A DNA stretch of 64,000 nt from assembly GCA_964645605.1 (NCBI GenBank), contig CAZYCE010000006.1, positions 2,981 to 66,980 of the forward strand, given 5' to 3'. The translations under genes and the position numbers were made by a program. The notes below the pieces were generated by a model. The model ran no database searches, was not told the DNA's origin, and saw nothing but the letters and a program-made list of their open reading frames with translations. This document shows positions 59,891 to 64,000 of the stretch, piece after piece. Position 1 is the first letter of the stretch; every line of letters begins with the position of its first letter. The stretch comes from an uncultured Gammaproteobacteria bacterium (GTDB taxonomy: Bacteria > Patescibacteriota > Microgenomatia > UBA8517).

Positions 59891-61179
59891 GGCTTTTCTG
59901 CCCTTTTATAAACTTTTGTTAACTCATTCTTTATGGTACTTTCTTTGGAAAACTCTTCGGTACCGGAACTTACCACGTTGACTACCTGTCTGCCTATACC
60001 TTTGAAGGTTTCATTACGTGAGGCTGAAAGAAGCATTTCCATCGCAAGCGATGGCGTTTTTAAGAGAGTTGCGAAAAGGCCGATAGCTACGGCAATTGAA
60101 ATAAGTGAACCATTGGAATTGCCCGGAATTGTTAAAAATGCTGAGGCCAGTTGGATGATCACAACATGGATGAAAACCGTAAATACGCTAACAAAGTAGC
60201 TTTTGACGGCCATTTCGGCAAATCCCGATAATTTTGGAATAGACCACAAAAGAAACACAAAAGGCGACAGAGCGCCGGCAATGGAAATTAAGATAAGTCT
60301 GCTTATATAGAATAAGAGAAGAACCACCGCAATTATTAGGAAAAGCATCAGGAAAATCAGGGTAATGAGGGGAGTTTCTCCCGTAATCAAACTCGCCGGG
60401 TTGATTGCATCCAAAATCCAGGCCTGATTTAAGCCGCCCGTTGCGTTTAACACGGTTTTTACCAGAACATTTGCTGTTGTTATCACATAATCCGTCAGAA
60501 ATAGTGAGACGTTAGCGCCGAGGAATGCGATACCTATTCTCGGTAGGATTATTCTGGATTCAAGCTCCTCAAAACCTAAGGTGGAGGCACTCATTATTCG
60601 AAATCCCAAAAGTGCCGTCACTATTACGAAAAGAGAATCAACGATGCCCAGACTGATCAGCCAAAAGTTGCTGATCACAGAATTTTCCAAGAGGCTTGGG
60701 GTAGTTGTAAGAAAACCGATAATACCATCGACAATCGGTTTTGTGGCACTTTGCACGATATTTTGCATAAAACTTGAAACGGCGTCTATTAAGACCTGCG
60801 TCAGGCCGTCGGTTGGGGTTACCGGGGATATTTGTGTAATCGGAATAACCGATCCTGATTCGGTTGGGGCATTGGAGCCGACCGCACCTCTGAAAACTGA
60901 AATTATTAAACCCGATGCGAGAACAACAACCAGACCGATAAGGGCGTTTCTGATGGTTTTTTTCGCATCCTCAAGACGGTCGGGACTACCGGATGAGGTT
61001 ATGTAGCCAATTCCGCCCTTGATGATGAAAAAAACCGCAGCAACGGAGGCGATTGTTGTAATTATTCCGAGAGTATTATTGGTGTAATCGGTTATTCCGG
61101 AAGGGACGTCGGCTGCCGCAACCGGTGTGGCAAATAGAAAGAAAAGAACTATTGTTAGAAAAAAGATAACCTTTTTCAT
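59887..61179 (-). CDS. VirB6/TrbL-like membrane protein with N-terminal VirB2/TrbC pilin-like domain
   Basis: N-terminal GGIGYITSSGSP shared with the adjacent pilin; C-terminal RLILI...LSPFVF..W VirB6-like TMs. Confidence 0.7.
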   Translation of the reverse strand: MKKVIFFLTIVLFFLFATPVAAADVPSGITDYTNNTLGIITTIASVAAVFFIIKGGIGYITSSGSPDRLEDAKKTIRNALIGLVVVLASGLIISVFRGAVGSNAPTESGSVIPITQISPVTPTDGLTQVLIDAVSSFMQNIVQSATKPIVDGIIGFLTTTPSLLENSVISNFWLISLGIVDSLFVIVTALLGFRIMSASTLGFEELESRIILPRIGIAFLGANVSLFLTDYVITTANVLVKTVLNATGGLNQAWILDAINPASLITGETPLITLIFLMLFLIIAVVLLLFYISRLILISIAGALSPFVFLLWSIPKLSGFAEMAVKSYFVSVFTVFIHVVIIQLASAFLTIPGNSNGSLISIAVAIGLFATLLKTPSLAMEMLLSASRNETFKGIGRQVVNVVSSGTEEFSKESTIKNELTKVYKRAEKP

Positions 61180-61225
61180 TTAAGTTATGTTCAGACTTTT
61201 TCATAGGCAGGACCTTTTTTAAACC

Positions 61226-61558
61226 TTATTGCATTCCGCCAAAAGCGGATGTTGCAAGTTGTGTGACAATATTTGACAAAACAAAAGCAGCAAGAACTAT
61301 TACAAGTCCGACCACCGAATAACGTATAGTTCTTTTGGATTTATCAAGCGACTCAGGATTACCTGAACTGGTAATGTATCCGATACCTCCCCACACCAAA
61401 AATCCGGTTGCCGTAATTCCTGCCAGGGTTACCAGAATTTGAATAATACTCTGAATAAAGGTTTGAATTTTGGTGACGTCGGTGGATTGTGCGTAGACAC
61501 TAGTCGCGTAAATTAGTGAGGTAATTAAAACCGATTGTAGAAAAATTAATTTCTTCAT
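61226..61558 (-). CDS. VirB2/TrbC-family pilin
   Basis: Signal peptide (VYA/Q), two hydrophobic helices around GGIGYITSSGNP..K.TI; GGGGGTGA SD. Confidence 0.82.
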   Translation of the reverse strand: MKKLIFLQSVLITSLIYATSVYAQSTDVTKIQTFIQSIIQILVTLAGITATGFLVWGGIGYITSSGNPESLDKSKRTIRYSVVGLVIVLAAFVLSNIVTQLATSAFGGMQ

Positions 61559-61621
61559 CTTATTCACCCCCATTCGTAATTAAAAAGGTTTCACTTTAAC
61601 CAAAATATGAAATCGTTGAAA

Positions 61622-61660
61622 TGTATACCAGAGTTACCCATATATGTCAACAGGGTAATT
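61622..61660 (-). promoter_or_regulatory. Promoter TTGACA-N17-TATACA for the T4SS-like operon, with TTACCC-N13-GGGTAA inverted repeat around the -35
   Basis: TGTCAA 61645-61650, TGTATA 61622-61627, repeat arms at 61634-61639 and 61653-61658. Confidence 0.5.
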
Positions 61661-61801
61661 TATTTATTCATAGATCTTATACTTATGAGGATTTGGCAAG
61701 AATGTAAAAATGGTCGGTCGCTTAGTAGACTTATTTAGAACAAAGCAATTTTTAATAGAAATAAATTATGATGAAGTTAGAAAATTACTGGAAAAACATT
61801 G

Positions 61802-62509
61802 CTATTCTCTATAGGAGCATTTAGTTTCACCAAAATCCTTTTTAAGGGTACCTAAATCCAAAGTGGTATATATATCGATGGCTGAGACACCTCCCTTATC
61901 TTTATTATTTAAATAATCTGGACAGTTTTCTTCATTGGCTACCTGATTCGTAGGTTCCCAATAAGAAACGGTGTTATTTAAAATAATTGGTTTACCTTCT
62001 CCTCCTGCATACATACCTTGATAAATTTTTGATTTTTTATCTAAATCATAAACCATTAGCCCTCTTATTCCGGCTGACGAGCCACTATCCAGTACGAGAA
62101 AGTTGTTATATAGGCCAATACAAAAAGTTCTTTCCTCTTTTATTATAAAATCTTGGTTTCCGTTATTATATTTAACCAAAAACTCACTTGTTGCATTATT
62201 TTGTGACGGTTCTTTAATTGTTATTGAATACTTGTCGTTGGCAGAGCAGTCGCTAACAACGATAGGTTCAGTATTGGGTTCGTCGGATAAAGCTGGTGTG
62301 GGGGTTGTAATAGGCACTGTTGTAAGTAGTGATATTTGTTTTTTCAGTTGTATATTTTGATAAACAAGATAGCCGATGGAGGCAACTGCCAGTATGTGGA
62401 TAGCAATCATTAGTGCTAAAGACTTCTTGGTCTTCTGTGGTTGAATGGGAGATGTAGTAGGCGGAGTTTGTGGAATAGCCGGTTGTGTTTGGGTCAGACT
62501 TTCATTCAT
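61802..62509 (-). CDS. Single-TM surface protein with Thr/Pro-rich linker and Cys-containing outer domain
   Basis: Pro/Gln/Thr N-tail, TM, YQN.QLK, TTPTP, four Cys. Confidence 0.75.
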   Translation of the reverse strand: MNESLTQTQPAIPQTPPTTSPIQPQKTKKSLALMIAIHILAVASIGYLVYQNIQLKKQISLLTTVPITTPTPALSDEPNTEPIVVSDCSANDKYSITIKEPSQNNATSEFLVKYNNGNQDFIIKEERTFCIGLYNNFLVLDSGSSAGIRGLMVYDLDKKSKIYQGMYAGGEGKPIILNNTVSYWEPTNQVANEENCPDYLNNKDKGGVSAIDIYTTLDLGTLKKDFGETKCSYRE

Positions 62510-62670
62510 ATAGTTAAGTATTAGTTACTGAGATAAAAAAGTCAAATTTAAGGCCAATCGAGGTTCTGTACCAACTTTCTTTAAAACTTTAATATCCTCG
62601 AGTTTTTTTAATTTCAATTGAGTTGTTCGTCTTGGGACATTAGTTCTTAGTTGTATTATGCTGTACATAT

Positions 62671-63088
62671 ATGTACAGGATAAATGAACTAATCAAGCTT
62701 GATCGGAGACTGTATCACACCAACGATTTAGCCATTCTGTGGGGTGTTTCCAATAAAAACACTTTATATACAACCATTAAACGGTATGTTCAGAAAGAAA
62801 TTCTGATCCCTGTCTATAAAGGTTTGTGTTCTACAATTCCTCTATCTCAGCTAAACCCCCTGGAGATGGGAGTGGCGATTGTTCATAAATATGCATATCT
62901 GAGTACCGAATCTGTATTGGCTCAAAAAAGGAATTATTTATCAGGCTACTTACGGGTACACTTTTGTAAGCAGTGTATCAAAAAAAATAACCGTTGGTGG
63001 AATATCGTTTACTTATCGGATGCTTAAAGATAAATTTTTGAATAACCCATCGGGTTTTACAAACCAAAATGTGGGGAAAACTTTCTGA
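62671..63088 (+). pseudogene. AbiEi-like antitoxin/wHTH regulator, frameshifted and truncated
   Basis: wHTH N-terminus and YLSTESVL; family-like GIIYQ..YTFVS continues in the +1 frame after A6 at 62924-62929 and stops at 63088. Confidence 0.7.
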
Positions 63089-63129
63089 CTAACGGCAACA
63101 GCTTTTGCTGAGATTCCGACAAAATTTCG

Positions 63130-63387
63130 TCATGCATATTGTCTGAAATAATTTGTAAAGTAATTTTTTGTTTGGGGGCGCAAATTCACTCTTTTTCCAC
63201 GGATAATTTCCTTAAATAAGCCTTGGGTTTTTTTAAGACCGAAAACCGACTCTGCTACTAGGTAATCTTCCCATGTTCCATAATTTAATATATGCTCAAG
63301 CATGCTTTTTTCGGAAAGCTTTTGAGTGTCTTTTACATACCAGGCTAAATACGGTTTTTGCCTGAATAACCCCACTAACTTATCCAT
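63130..63387 (-). CDS. Small DUF6922-like protein, putative partner of an AbiEii-type nucleotidyltransferase
   Basis: LAWYV...LEHILNYGTWED; TATAAT 6 nt before ATG 63387. Confidence 0.6.
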   Translation of the reverse strand: MDKLVGLFRQKPYLAWYVKDTQKLSEKSMLEHILNYGTWEDYLVAESVFGLKKTQGLFKEIIRGKRVNLRPQTKNYFTNYFRQYA

Positions 63388-63468
63388 ATGCTTATTATAT
63401 AACAAACCGGTCACCATTTCCTGAGTTTCAGGCACCGCCAATTGTTGATAACCACAATTTTAACAGAC

Positions 63469-64000
63469 CTATTTGAGGAGCGAATCGGCAAGGCGAATAG
63501 ATTCACGAGTAAAAAACGTTTTTACTTCACTCCATTTAATATCCGCGAGCATTGTTGGCATGACAGTTTCCTTTTCCGCATCCTCAAAATAATCAAGTGA
63601 TCGCAAGGTCGCATACAGGCGGTCGCCTGAGATATTGTATTTTTTTTGATACAAGCTAATCATCTCTTGTAATGAAAATTTCTTTGCAAGAACATAGACA
63701 TCAATAAAATCGCGGCGGGTACCTCTATCCTCAATGGCATGGATTTTCATTGCGGCAATGTCAGATAAACTTGCCAAATGAAGTCCTTCAAATGGCACGG
63801 TGGGCTCAAGGAGTGGATACTTGTAGTGAAATATACTAAACTTCGTTTTTCCAATCGTTCCCCAAACTGTCCACTTAGCAGTACCGGCTTCGTGGAACGA
63901 TGTATGGGTGGCAAGTTTTCGAGAAAGTTTTTCTTCGTCAAACGTTTCGAGTGTAAAAAAATCCAGATCAACCGAAATGCGGTGTCCCATCTGTAGAGCC
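63469..64000 (-). CDS. AbiEii/AbiGii-family nucleotidyltransferase toxin; 5' end beyond the window
   Basis: ALQMGHRISVDLDFF, DIAAMKIHAI..RG.RRDFIDVY. Confidence 0.85.
   Translation of the reverse strand, partial: ALQMGHRISVDLDFFTLETFDEEKLSRKLATHTSFHEAGTAKWTVWGTIGKTKFSIFHYKYPLLEPTVPFEGLHLASLSDIAAMKIHAIEDRGTRRDFIDVYVLAKKFSLQEMISLYQKKYNISGDRLYATLRSLDYFEDAEKETVMPTMLADIKWSEVKTFFTRESIRLADSLLK

Noticed and set aside
61710-61814. 34-codon ORF MVGRLVDLFRTKQFLIEINYDEVRKLLEKHCYSL
   Set aside because: Too short, no recognisable motif or start signal; possibly a gene remnant
1-64000. The many 60-165 aa ORFs antisense to or nested in long genes (e.g. 9427-9924, 41148-41549, 60581-61006)
   Set aside because: They are shadows of well-supported genes, with no motifs or independent expression signals
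1-64000. CRISPR array, tRNA/rRNA, integrase, transposase, or reverse transcriptase/DGR explaining the paralog array
   Set aside because: No regularly spaced repeats, T-loop signatures or such ORFs seen by eye; paralogs are diverged at DNA level. A tRNAscan/Infernal run would be needed to exclude small RNAs

Overview
Chromosomal segment of a small-genome bacterium using genetic code 11 (prfB present, TGA used as stop). Gene content and style point to Patescibacteria/CPR, probably Microgenomates; this is an inference from the sequence, with no database check. Layout: (1) 1-7.3 kb housekeeping and envelope genes: a divergent tgt, a LytR_C protein, prfB, ftsE-ftsX with a coiled-coil/C39-like hydrolase, and vanZ. 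(2) 7.3-56.4 kb, a ~49-kb surface-glycosylation locus: galE, galU, rmlB (carrying a ~310-aa extension with a degenerate Nudix box), rmlC, rmlD, three polyprenol-phosphate-sugar synthase-type GT2s (one fused to GtrA), seven other soluble GTs (one with ALG11-like motifs), a Wzx flippase and about 19 integral-membrane GT-C-fold proteins of five types, interleaved with trmD, nrnA and an orphan zinc ribbon. (3) 56.4-61.6 kb, a compact T4SS-like operon: pilin, pilin-VirB6 fusion, PrgI, small partner, VirB4 and M23 peptidase. (4) 61.6-64 kb, an AT-rich tail with a surface protein and AbiE-type toxin-antitoxin parts. Across the window, transcription-unit-leading genes have a (TGn)TAnnnT -10 box 6-9 nt before the start codon and no Shine-Dalgarno (leaderless style), whereas the T4SS-like operon has strong SD sites. 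No tRNA, rRNA, CRISPR array, integrase or transposase was seen by eye.
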